From Lingula anatina (Eukaryota > Animalia > Brachiopoda), in NCBI GenBank assembly GCA_051362555.1, contig CM120647.1, positions 4,402,001-4,466,000 on the forward strand: a stretch of 64,000 nucleotides of DNA, given 5' to 3'. Each line of letters starts with the position of its first letter. The stretch's first letter is position 1. The position numbers and the translations under genes were made by a program. The notes below the pieces were generated by a model. It made no database searches. It was not told the origin of the DNA and saw nothing but the letters and a program-made list of their open reading frames with translations. Positions 1-12,825 of the stretch are shown here, one piece after another.

Positions 1-818
1 TTATTAACATACCTTATCTCTCCACTCGTGCTTGAAGGGGTGTATCACCCAATCCCTCCTCTGAAAGGCTAAAAAATTCATTCCTTATAATCATATTTAT
101 TGACAATATTATTAAATTCACAAATTAGTTAACGTAGTTACGTGTTGTGCAAAGAACACCCTCTATCCCCACTAGTACTCGAGTTGCATATTGCATATCT
201 CATGGGATTCCCCTGCGAGAATATGATGTAAGGTTAGCCTGTAAGTACCGGTAGATGACCACATTGAGCAGAAAATGTTATTTCTCCTGCTTTACAGAAC
301 TATACACCTCAGGGGCAAAGCGCACGATCTCGTTTCATATAACTAGTAGTGCCGTACACAGTGCGAGTGGTTTGGCTGCGAGTGCGTCGCCCGAGGAAAC
401 GTTTATTAGCTGTTATCTACGCTTTTTAACTTCCACTGCCAGAAATTTTGATTTCCACTGCCACCTCTCCATTTTAAAGTACTTTTGGTAAAAATAACTC
501 GCTTACCTGCAAAGATACGGTGAACAATTCCTCTTCTTCTTCACGTCCACGCTCACCTTCATGTTTGCATTGTTTACATCTCGTATCTGAGTCGAGAAGC
601 CGCGTTATTTCAATTTGTGTCAAGATGGCTGACGCCCGGGGTTTGAAAGGGGATGGTGAATATGATTCTTTTTTGCGATATTGATTAAGGCTATGTATGT
701 GCCATTTTATGTTTAAAATATAGCAATTGTTCTCAGATAAGTTCAAAAAGAAGCAATTCATGCACTAAGAAAGCGTTTTAGATCCTCTTTTTTGTCCCTT
801 TAATATATATATTTCTTT

Positions 819-821
<3 letters not shown>

Positions 822-904
<83 letters not shown>
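822..904. repeat. (TA)n microsatellite
   Basis: About 40 uninterrupted TA units. Confidence 0.98.
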
Positions 905-909
<5 letters not shown>

Positions 910-920
910 CATTTATATTA

Positions 921-1046
921 TGTATGTGTGCATTTATTCCATCTAGCATAAGAAGATTAGATACAATTATAACGTCAGAAAATGAAATAGAGGGAGTGTG
1001 ATAATGATAGGATCGCTAAACGATTTTGATGGAATATAGTGACTAG
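921..1046 (+). repeat. Terminal fragment of the TA-flanked element family (copies at 4930-5057 and, inverted, 28655-28783)
   Basis: ~125 bp near-identical to 4930-5057 (atgtatgtgtgcatttattccatc...ggaatatagtgactag); lies next to the (TA)n tract. Confidence 0.85.
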
Positions 1047-2123
1047 ACTAATCTCCTAATTCCAAAATGGCGGCACACGAAACCGAAATGTAAACACGTT
1101 CTTTGGAATTGTGCCAAATGCAGAAGAAGGTGATTTTCCTTTGTCTGTCCAGTTTATTTTTATAGTATGACATTTGTTTTTGAATGTGTTAAAATTTAAG
1201 GAAGGAACCTAACCCGCAACATATCGATTTTCTACATGTACGCCAGGCAGTATATTTTGCAATGTTCCAAGTAACTACAGCAGCAATCTCGTGTTACATC
1301 TTGAATGAATGTCGAAGTTTAATAATGGATTCTTGCGTGTATTTTTTTGTTGTTTTGAAGTTAACTGGATTAAATTTACTTCATGAAATGGCAGTGTGTG
1401 TGGTTGTGGTGCTCACAGTAAAATGACTATGGGGAATGTATTGCCTCATGTCTTGTATGAATGTCACAGTAAATAGTCTAAGAAAAAAATGGTTTAACCC
1501 GGGACTAAGTGAAAAAAAAAAGTAGTGTGTTTTTAAAAATCTAGAAAAATCCAAGTAGTGGAAAAGGTATTTTTTTGGGGAAATCAAAAATGGCCGCCAG
1601 CACAGAGATCTACAGTTGGTAGGTGCAAATTTTCTCCAGGTGGTTTCAACAAAATCTTGTTAAAATGGTACAAAATGCATAAAGGGATGTTGTGCCACTT
1701 CTCTCCAAATAAATCAAATTACCAAATTTGAAGTAAAAATTGAATAAAAAAAAAGCTCAAAAGTACATTTATGGTCTTTTACAACTTTTTGTTGTAGTGC
1801 TAGATTGGCAAGGACATAAAGACTTAAATAAAATGGTTTTAAACGAGCTGTTTATCCAATTCATACACCAAAATAAACAACATTATTTCCTACTTAAAAT
1901 GTATTGCCATCCTGTCCCTACACTTAGTTCAATGTCCTATTCTATTTGAATCTTAATCAAAAATAACTGACCAGTCAATTAATACCTAACTGTCTTCAAC
2001 AGGGATGACCTAGATTTCAATCTAAAAACAAGAAAATGACATTGCGAGCAAATATGGCTTTGGGACAAGGCTCAGAAGATTATGATTATATGATGTGCGC
2101 TTCAGATAAACTTTTTTATTTAA

Positions 2124-3114
2124 AGACAGTCTCAGCGCGTTAAACCCTTAAAATAGCACGAAAATGAATTTTCCTGGAAAACTCACCAATTTCCCCATAA
2201 TGACCAAGGTATATCCTATCCAAAACCGTTCAGAAAATGAAGCTACCTAATACCGTTTTTAAGTTCCATTAAATAATAAAAGACGACTCGTCTCAAATAC
2301 TCAGCTACCACCTCACAGTACGGCTTCAGAACGCGCAACTTCTCGCTAAGTCTCGCGGTTTACTATGAATGAAGTACTACGGCTGAGACCCGGATGTTAC
2401 TATTTGGCGCCAAAACAGCAAACATGGCTCAGACGCGCGTCAAGTCTGAAGAGGAGAGCGACAAAAGGGGGCGAAAGAAAATAGCCACTCCAGTGCGAAA
2501 GATACGAAAGAAAATTAGAGACAGACGAAGAAGCACTCAGACTGTGTATGTTGGGAGGGAGGTGGGGCGGTGGAGGACACTTAAAGCTGAGTTAGGACTC
2601 ACATACGAGGCAATGGCGAAACTTCTCCTCGACACGTGAGTATGCGCTTCACAGGTCTCAAGTGTGTCTGATTATCATATTATCCTGTTCACAATAAATG
2701 ACAATATTTGTGCTCATACAAAGTTGGTTACGTGTATAAGAGCGTTTTGGGCTTTACGTTTTCTGTTTTTGATCGGTACATGTACCGAAAAGATGGACAG
2801 GCGGCACTGACATGTCTGACAAGTTTCGCTGTGTAGTCGTGACGTCTATCTCATTCTGACTGAAGCCTGCTGTGATTGGTCGTAAGCGTGGGAAAATCGA
2901 GGTCGTGACCTTGAGCCGGAAGTACTTCTGGCTGTGCTCCGAAATCATGATAAATAGTTTTCGTTTTCTAATTCTTTATTCTAGTTGTCCTAACAGGACT
3001 TTTGTGACCCAGACTTATTCATATAATAATAAACAATCTCCCAAAACACAAATCTGATCAAAGTTTTACATAGAACCTGCTTCTATACATTAATCTAACC
3101 CACTGAGTTGTCCT
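2124..3114 (+). mobile_element. Non-autonomous Kolobok DNA transposon
   Basis: TTAA at 2120-2123 and 3115-3118; AG...CT termini; imperfect TIR agacagtctcagcgcgttaa / aggacaactcagtgggttag; absent from the sister Academ copy (~21228). Confidence 0.8.
2424..2635 (+). CDS. First exon of a Kolobok-associated protein (basic region + VYVGREVGRWRTLKAELGLTYEAMAKLLLD motif)
   Basis: ATG at 2424, GTGAGT donor at 2636; resembles the RVNIGxAFxRWRELKxxxGxxxDAExAxFLLD motif recalled from Kolobok-derived proteins; no downstream exons seen. Confidence 0.55.
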
Positions 3115-3119
3115 TTAAA

Positions 3120-4540
3120 TGAAATATGGAGGTCTGCATCACCTGGAACTTGGATTACTTCAACTCCAACACCTTTCAACTTCTCACCAAGGAAATAAGT
3201 GAACCTGTTTGTTTTATTTTTTTCTTTTCCACTCTGCAGCTTCGTCTCATCTGTGAAAACGATAGCTGTGCTCGTACTGTTAATTGGATTTAACTAGGTA
3301 TGCAGAACCATAGCTTAGTAGAGGGGACATCAAAGATTATCCCTTTATAATGCTACACTACAGCTCTCCTATATCTCCTTGGTGTGCAACACATTACAAC
3401 AGTCCAAGGTGTGTGATGAAGAAGTGCCACACCATCTAAAATGTACTGGACCTCACCTTCACTTTCAAGCCCATCTTACTATATTGCCTGTTCTAGCAAA
3501 GAGGAAATGTCGACTTTTCGAAGTGGTTTTCTCAACAGCCAGTTGCTGCTCTATCTTTGTCAAAAATTCACTCTCTCCCACATCTGATGTTACCATGGTC
3601 CAAAGAATGGAGATCTAAATGTTGGCTCTGTCTCCACCAATTGGAAATCACCCAGACAATGCATGCATGTACCTTCAATGTCATCTGTGCACTGTGTTTC
3701 ACTGTGCTGTGCTTCTTGTTTTGAGCAACAGTGGCTGGCACATTATCCCACAAAAGCTTAAAGATGAGAAATACAATGAGGGATAGATCAAGTAATAGCT
3801 GGGCCCTCATTGCCCTAGTCAGATCATTCCCTGGGAATCATGTGGCTTATTGTATTGACAGCAAATATAGTTTCAAAAAGTTCTCAAAGTCCTGACCCTG
3901 TCATGAGATGACATAAGCACTAAAGGTAGCTCATCTCTGTGTGGAAGCCAACAAGCCTTGCAACTGGAGATGGTAGTATAATGCATTCTTGCTCACTTTC
4001 AACAGTAGTCTGGTCCTTCCACCACAGTGGTTGATTAAAGGTAATTATTGGGGGTTGCTTTGAACTGTTGAACGCGTGAATAATTTATTTAACGTGGGCT
4101 AGATGCATGACATTTCTTTCTGTAGATCTATATCTATCAGAAGAAGAGACAAAACAGATGCTTTTGCTAGGGGATTCCCTCTAGTCACCATTTGACCATG
4201 TAACCATTCCATAGTAGTTTGGGCTGTGGCTGGAAAGCGGATAAGGACAGTTTCAAAAAAAATAAATGGTTTCTGGTAGGATCCGATTCCTAGATATTGG
4301 GTTTTTCCATGTTGGTGAATGTGGCAACAAATACTCCAGGATTCTGTTCCTTGTGTAACTCTGGAGCCCCTCTCATATCTTACTATTAGGAGTACAAGCA
4401 ACAGAAACCATGCAATAAGAAATCTGTTTCCAAAAAGTTGATGCAGTTGGACACCCAAACCTATTGGGACAGGCCAGCAGTACATTTGGCCTGGCTTATT
4501 ATATGATTGCTTGTCCAATTGATGCAACATTTCAGTCTGT
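3120..4540 (-). pseudogene. Decayed Academ transposase/XPG-like nuclease coding region
   Basis: Reverse complement of 19800-21230; fragments QYILDGVALLHHTPW, FDVPSTK and VPGDADLHI, with stops and frameshifts. Confidence 0.7.
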
Positions 4541-4544
4541 CTTA

Positions 4545-4771
4545 CACTGGGTTCCCATAGATTAAGATCAATCTATCCGGATCGACCTAACTCCTTGGGG
4601 GTTCACGCTAAAATGCGGTCAGGTTCCGAGAGCCAAGTGCGCACAAAAGTTAATTACCCCCTTTACAGCTTTTAGTAGACAGGACAGACATGAAAGCCGG
4701 TCAGGCTGACAACAATCTAGTGAGACTCTTCACGGGAATAGATTGATCTAAAAACATATGGGAATGCACTC
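4545..4771. mobile_element. PIF/Harbinger-type MITE, family H1
   Basis: TTA TSD (4542-4544, 4772-4774); TIR ttcccatag...tatgggaa; related copies at 19562, 38770 (partial), 43641, 60237 and 62105 (partial). Confidence 0.8.
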
Positions 4772-4917
4772 TTAGAAAAAATACTTATATTGTTTTTGGT
4801 GCCACTGTTAACTGTACAACTATTTTCCTCCATTACTTATTCATCAATACAATTAAGAAAAGGGGATAAAGACGCCATCTTGAGTGGAATATTTATTAAA
4901 GACACCCTTATGAATTA

Positions 4918-7900
4918 CAGTCATAAGATTATGTATGTGTGCATTTATTCCATCTAACGTAAGAAGATTAGATACAATTATAACGTCAGAAAATACAATA
5001 GAGGGAGTGTGATAATGATAGGGTCGCTAAACGAATTTGACGGAATATAGTGACTAGCCTTATTCTCTTGTCGCCTGGTTAGGCACGCCCCCTTAGAGTA
5101 CTTATGTAAACAAAAGGTCTTCCATAGAGAACTATCCTTTTGTTCAACAGATTCGCGCGTGCAGCGGATTATGTATATAGTTACGCTATACAGCTAACTG
5201 CAGTTAAATCTGTGAAAGCTGTTATTTAATTTATTCTGCTGTGTCGGACGTTGTGGGCCAGCCCAATGGTTCATTCACTCATTCTTTTCTGAAGATTGGT
5301 GATGCATATTTTGAATGCTTAATTATTTGCCCTCCTTCTTACAAAAGAAAGGAAAAGGGGAGAGAAACAGAAACAGTGTCAAATAAAAAGGGTAAAGAGT
5401 AATATAATACATTAATTAAAGGGACTCGCGGTGGGAGAAACGATAGACTGTTTTGCATCAAGGTATGCAATTATAATCCCACATGGCCATCGCATATACG
5501 GCCGTAGTTTAAATACATTTCTCATAGTTGTATTAAATTACATTATTTTGCTGAATAGACATACATTTTAAAGTTGGTCTTTCAGGAAATCGTTTTGTTT
5601 GAAATAACATAAACGACAGAGGTAAAATCACATATAAATTTATTTTGAAATAAAATGTTTCGCTAGATCTTGTTTAGACTCAGCGAAATGCACATAGTGA
5701 TTATATTCAATGTGTCATCATTTAATTGCTTTCTCGGTTTAATTAATTGACGATAATAATTGCAGTAAGCAGGAAGGAGGAAATGCTGAAGACAAAACAA
5801 CGCCGTGGGTATGTGTGACTTTCTCCCTTAACATTTTCTATGATGCTGTCAAAGAAAAAGGAACCGAGATAGCGATCATTTAAACCGCTGCTGTTTACAG
5901 GTGGACTTCTTCGTTTATCAACTTTATGAACTTTTTTAAATATCGATTACAACATGCTGTACAATGTCTGAGTCGTGAAAGGGGTATTGGACTTTTTTAC
6001 GTTAAAAACAAATTCATTTCGAAATCAAAAGAGCATTTTTTTTTTGGGGGGGGGGGGGGGGGCGCGTGGGGGGAGGTAAATAGTAACTCATTCCGTAATC
6101 CTTCTTGCACATTTATTTAATCGTATCAAAACGTTTAATACACAATGTTCACTAGTGTCATGATTTTGGCGATTTATTAAAACCATATTTGTACAAAGTA
6201 GGTTAGCATAAGTTAGGCAAAAACCAGTGTGAAGAACAACTCCCTTTTTAAGTGAGGCAAGACAACCTATTCAAACTGATTATAACCTTGATAAAGACAC
6301 AAGGCAAAGGAGTTATGTAAACTAGCGTGTGAAAACACATTCTTTGTCACTGTTACAAGACAATGGAGGCGACCAAGTGGAGTAATTACAATATACCCTT
6401 GTACAGTCAAAGAGAAATTAGTTATGCAAGCTTACTTCGGGTCAGCCCTTAATTTGCTTGTTCGAAAGAAAGAGATAGATGTCGCAACGCGAATCCTTTT
6501 ATTAACCCTTCATGGGTTTGTGTAAAAGTGTGAAAGACAGGCAACGATCTCGAGTCGCTGTTGATATTGTTCGCAATTAATATTAGAGTATAACGCCTAC
6601 ATGTAAACATCAGACAAGGCGTTGAGATCGATAAAAGTGGAGGTTTATCTGAAAAATTAGATGCCATTTTTGTGAAATGACTTATTAAATGATGTGCATG
6701 TACCTAACATGTTTAAATTCTTGATTCTTATTATTTGAAACATCTTCATACACGGCCTCATATTTATATTTCTCTCAGGCCATACTCATTTGCTTGTATA
6801 ACATGGGACTCTAAAGCACAGGGCATTGTGAAAGTTAATTGGCTACAGAGACTTGTTATCCTTCATGTATTTATAGCGTGGATGAACTAGAAACAGGCTT
6901 TACTTAGCTTTACTTAATTTGACTTGATGTTAACCTAACACTGGTTTTAAAAGAAGAAATATAAATATGTTCGATGGATTAAATCACCGACACCGTTCTA
7001 TTTTAACTTGGTCAAATACACAGTAACACAGATAATATTTATAAGTTGTCTGTCGTTCAGCACGCATTATAGGCGAGTAGCCAAACAGTGACGCTGATCA
7101 ATCCAAGTAAAATTTAGGCATGTATTGTTTACAAAATAGATCATGATGAATAAACCTACGCTTTAATAAACAATCACCACACGGTTCTGTTTTTGTCACT
7201 TAAAAGCTTTCGTTTAAAGACGCTCAATGATATCAAAAATGATTCGACGCTGTGAAAATGGACCGGTTCAAGGGGCATTTTTTGTTTCAGCTAGGGGGAT
7301 TTCAGGAAGAGGATTCAGTGTAGGTGTTTCCTCGGATGATAGCAGCATCACACCCTAGGTCTAAGCCAGTTGACTAGAAGCTTTTTGTCCAACCATCCTA
7401 TTCCTACTACTAAACTTATAACTCTAAACCACAAAGGTTTATGCGGTAAAAATATTTAAACTAAATGAGGTGCATTGACAGAGGCACAAGTACAATCCAA
7501 CGCCAACGTGCAACAGGGGAAAGTCTGTCAGTGTATTACATAATATATGAAAGTGCGGTCAATATTAACAGTGTAAGACATCAGTTAAAGAGGAGGGGGT
7601 CTTACTATCTTTTGTTAAGCGCGACTGTTATTATCTCTCGAACAAGCTTAAACCATGCCTTATACAATTACTGTGTCTCCGGCTGTCGTGCAGAAACGGC
7701 ATGTCGAACATATTTGCTACAGTTACAAACAGGGCAAACTAGCGACTTGTTCTAGATCGCTCTAGTAAGAAAGCATAAGTGCGGCGCCCGGGCAAAACAA
7801 TCAACTACCCGGTATAACATTCATATCTTAGCGTTTACATATGACGCGCAAAGAGCTAAGTACATATGACGCACAATGAGCTAAGCAATTAGCCTTAACA

Positions 7901-9209
7901 AAGTGGTCCGTTTTAAAACAACAACGAGAAAAAAGAACGCCTTGTCATAGTTATGAGACAAATCGCTTGCAACGTGCAACAAGGGGGATGGCTGACAGTG
8001 TGGTCACACTACATGTTTATGTACGTTGAATTAACAGTCTTAGACATCGCCCAAAGAGGAAGGACTTACTATAGCCCTCAATCTATTGTTAAACGCGATC
8101 ATTATCTGTTCTCATGCAACCTTAAACAAAACCTAAACAATAAGATTGTTAAATCAGATAAGTGATGTAAAATCATATTGGAAATTTACGTTAACGACGG
8201 AGACTTTCATTCGCAAAGTTAATGAAACAAGACTAGTCCAAGTTAACTGCCCATATTGAATAAATCTTAGACTGATAAACCTAAAGCCCTGCTTTACTTT
8301 GGTAATAGTTAATTAGTAAGCTAGGTTTATTCACATCACTTATGCTGCAAACAACCCATTTTGAACGCAATCGTCATCGCTCCAGAACAACCTAAAATCA
8401 TGCCTATACAATATTAGGAGATGCACGTCGAGTAAAAGATTCAACACCTGGGTGCCCAGCACTATTATGAAAAGGAGAAATGACTTGATGTTTCATGCAC
8501 AATCATCATCGAAAGCCTAATATCATTATGCTTCGTGCGCAGTCGATTTTTATCAGAATAAAAAGTGTGTTTTATACAAGCAAAATCTAACTTTCCTTTA
8601 TAACTGTTACTGAACAGCGAAGAGTTACATACACCCGGTTATAAATTTACAAATGTAATTATGAGGCTAATTTCTCTAATGTGGAATGAAATATTTTGTT
8701 GGCTTTCAAATGATAGGACACTCACTTTAATCTTAAAAGAAATTAGTTTATATGCTCGTTCCCCTAACGCGCGTGCAAAAAAGTCCCATCAAATAAACAG
8801 ATACATATCTGTCTATACTGGCAACTAGTGAAAATCTATCTGTGGCCCTGATAATGGGTAGACTTCACAGCGATTTATTCATTTAATTATTAAATCAAAA
8901 TTCATTTATGAAATTATTTAAAATAAATTATCTTTTATTTAATGATTTATACCATGTAATTTCTATCTATCTTTTTTATTTGATTCTTAATGTCATCTTA
9001 TTATTTACTTTATTCTTTAAATAACTCATTTATTTATCAAGCCCGTAGCCAGCAATTTCAAAGGGGGGGGGGGGATCCCTTTCTTACAAAGTGGACCTTT
9101 TACCGGAAAATCCCCATGTAATTATGTCAAATTTTACCCAGAGTGGACCTTTTTTCAGCAAAAGGGGGGTTTTTCGAACCTCCCGAACTCCCCCTGGCTG
9201 CGGGCCTGT

Positions 9210-9244
<35 letters not shown>

Positions 9245-9997
9245 TTAAGACTTTCTATTATTATCCTTTTACGGATTCGCTCTATTATTTTATATAAAAT
9301 GTAACTTAATGTAGTAATTGAGGCAAGACGTCAGCTTGTAATGTGAAATAATTGTTTTCATAATGTTTCTTTCTTTGCTATTTCTAAACAGTTATCTATT
9401 TTTACACAGGTAGCGATGATGGAAATTTGTGTACGGAGCATCTTTAAACTTTTTGAGACGGGGTGATTTGTTGATCATGCTGATGTACGTTGCTGATGCA
9501 TGTATATCGAATTCAATTTTTGACCACAGAACACTTCATATTGAATAAAATAACTGATACTAAATTAAACTAGCAGTTTTCTTGCGACACTTAGTTAAAA
9601 CATGATCAGCTGCGCGTGCCAAGCTAGTGAACAAAAGGATAGGTGGCCACGGGAGTGGCACGCGTTAGCATGGGTTCTAGCATCTTAAAGCTATAATCTT
9701 ATCGCCGCAACCAACAATAGGCACCTTCTGGCTGATGTATCCTGCTGTTAATTACACCTGGTCACAGCGGATTGTCGCGCTCGCGCTGGACCACAGAAAT
9801 AGGCGTCATGGGGTTCACTCGCCTAAGGTATTGTGTGTTATTACGTCTAAACTATTGTGTTTTGGCGTTCGAATTTTGAAGGGATTAGACGGCTCTCCAT
9901 TGTTTGTCCGCCCCCTTCTATTCATAGGATAGGGATTAAAACGTTTCTGACGTTTTGAAAACGTCGTACAACGGAAACTTAATTTTTATTACTACTG
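4918..9997 (+). mobile_element. 5.08-kb non-coding TIR element with TA TSD and CAGT...ACTG ends (Tc1/mariner-like signature)
   Basis: Empty site in the sister Academ copy (~19410-19425); TA at 4916-4917 and 9998-9999; short imperfect TIR cagtcataagattatgt / cagtagtaataaaaattaagt; no transposase ORF. Confidence 0.75.
9038..9208. mobile_element. hAT-like MITE
   Basis: TIR caagcccgtagccag / ctggctgcgggcctg; flanked by tttatttat on both sides; sister copy at 44089-44260. Confidence 0.7.
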
Positions 9998-12778
9998 TAT
10001 CTTGCTGACAGCCATATTGGAAAATACTTTGAACAGGTACATAGATGGGTATAATAAATAATACATTTTACAAAAAAAAAAAAAAAAAAGTGTACAAGTG
10101 TTTTTCATATATCAAATATTTATGATATTAGCAAAGAAAATTTGTTCCCAGAATGAAAATAAGTCCTATCCTGTCGGAATCCTTATTTGTCTGGTTTTTT
10201 ACACTTAGACTCATATTTCTCCTAAAGAGCCATATTTGAAGCCAAACCTCACAGAGTTGTTGTGAATGAAATAATGATTATATTTGACACCCAAACAAAT
10301 TCAAATGCCTATCTTCAAAAACATAATTTGCAATTTTATGCAAAACTTTAGGGAAGCTCTGTACAAATGGTCTTTGCCGTTGACTCAAGCCAGTGACCTT
10401 TAGTGAATAAGTCCTATTAAATAAGCTTTTTTCAGTGAATAGGTCCCTTTCTTTAACTTTGTGTGTATTTCGAGGCTTTACCTCCATCTATTACTAGCAC
10501 AATACTATCTAAATTAAACAACTCCATTTACTATCAGTGACACAATATAAGGCGGCCATCTTGGAAAAGCTGCATTAAAAACCTTTTTCCACTACTTAGA
10601 TTTTTCTAGATTTTTATTATGTTTAAATTTGGATATTAAGCTTTCTAAAATACCTAATTACATTTTTTTTTTGCAGTAAGTCCCTACTGAAAATAAATGT
10701 TTAAAAAATTAAGTCTTATGAAATCTTATGAATACCCTTGCTGGCGGCCATATTGGAAAAAAAAGGAATTGAGCCTGAACATAGATGGTTGTAATAAGAA
10801 AATGTAAAAAACAAATGTTTTCTATATATAATATGACATTTACATAGAAGTATTTGTCCCCAGAATGAAGAGAAGTCAACTTTTAATACCTAACCTATAC
10901 ATTGATACATACTTTTTATTCATCTGATTTTTCACAATTTGTCTCATATTTCTCCTAAAAATACATATTTTGCAGCCACACTTCATAGATGTGTTGTGAG
11001 TGATATAATAATTGTAATTAACACCAAAAGTTTCAATAACCAATCTTTACAAACATTTATGCTAAACTTTTAGGCAATATTTTCAGGTAAAAATCTATAC
11101 AAATGACCTTTGCCTGACCTTTGACCCTAATCCAATGACCTTTGGTGAATAATTCTTATCAAATAAGCTTTTCTTTTAAACATAAAGGTCTTTGTCTCTA
11201 AGTCTGGATATTTTCAAGCCCCATTTAGTTCAGCAAAAATAATCCAAAAAGCTAAAGACCCCCTTCACCTATAGAGACTTAATATATTGGCGGCCATCTT
11301 GGAAAACTGCCCTTATAACCATTTCCACTACTTAGATTTTTCTAGATTTTTAATATGTTAAAATTTGGATACTTAGCTTTATAAAAAAAATCATTTCAAT
11401 TTTTTTGCAAATTGACCTGGGTTAGGCCATTTTTTTCGCTCAGTTTACTAGTCTAGTAAGATATTTAGAATTTGCCTTCTTCTGATACTTTTTTTGCGTT
11501 TTGGTGTTTATTAGATGAAATGGCTTGTGAAGGGACATGCAGTATACTTGATTCTGCATAGATAGATATATTATGAGAGGGAGATAGGTCACTTTTGAGG
11601 ATATGAAAGTCATTGTTTAGATATTCTGCAAATCCCTTTTCATGCTATTTCTTTGCATTTGAAATAAGTAAGATGAAAAAATATAGAAAATGTAATATTA
11701 TCAATGAAAAGGAGTTAAACTTGTACAGGAATATCCAATAAATAATAGTGTTATCTACCTCTTTTTATTTTCTGTGGCCTTGATCATTGACAGTACAAAT
11801 GCTTATATTAAGCTATCATAATAAGGTATTAGTATTACACAGTATTGCACATATCTATTGAACATATTTCTTATTATATCATAAAATGAATAATATATCA
11901 TTCCCAACAAAAAGCTTAGAGAGGATATTCACTTTGGGAAAGTCGATTTAAGGCACTGGCATGTCAGTGAAGAGCATTGTTATCAGCCCAGCATATGTGT
12001 GCATGGGGTGAGTGTAGGGGTACACATGCTTGTAAATTATCCAATAAAACTATTTTCACATTTGTAACTTTTATAGTTGTGAAAGATACAAAATTGAAAA
12101 CCAATTACAAGCATCTTTTCAAATATATGAATAACAAATTCTAACTTTTCACATGTTTCCTCTTTTGTCAGGAGACAAATGTTTGATAATAATATGAGTG
12201 AAAATTTATTTCTCAAAAATGAGTTTTATTTCTTTCATTACCTATTACAACCTTCATTTGTTGAGCATTTCCAATAGATAAACACATTGCATAATAAAAT
12301 GCCAGTATTACATTGTAAGTGTGTTTTCAAATTGCAATTTTTTGTTATAAGGAAAAGTTTATTTTTGTTAAAAATCTTCCCTGCACAAACCTGCAAAAAC
12401 ATGGGTTATAAGTTTGTGAAGGAAAATTGTTTCATGAAAAAAAGAACATTATATTTGTAAAATTCCTCCTTTGTTTTAATTTATAAATATTGTGTATTTT
12501 ATGAAACAATATGTACCAGTACAATGATTAGTGTATGGTAGCTGTGAACACTACTCTAGTTGTATTTCCTAAACTCTTCAGGGCTTCATCTAAATGGGAT
12601 CTTAATTGATTTAAAGATACCATGTTTGCCACAGTTCAGCTCCTGATGATGAGCTTCATTTATCTATACTGATACACTTTAAGAGTAAAAAGTGCTATTT
12701 TAGATTATTCAGTTGTTACCAGCTTCCCTAATAAATTACCAAGATTGTGATTTATTATTTACATTGGTTTTAGTGTGT

Positions 12779-12780
<2 letters not shown>

Positions 12781-12813
<33 letters not shown>

Positions 12814-12825
12814 GTGTGTGTGTGT
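12781..12825. repeat. (TTG)n-(TG)n compound microsatellite
   Basis: Read directly from the sequence. Confidence 0.95.

Larger units (their letters stand above)
1474..11455 (-). mobile_element. Academ DNA transposon, copy 1 (decayed; interrupted by a Kolobok, a MITE and a 5.08-kb element)
   Basis: 1474-4917 plus 9998-11455 is the reverse complement of 18162-21980; TAG...CTA termini; no clean TSD in this copy. Confidence 0.8.

Noticed and set aside
474-761. Next exon of the CUB gene or a separate gene
   Set aside because: A GTAAGC donor exists at ~505 but the peptide shows no lectin or receptor similarity.
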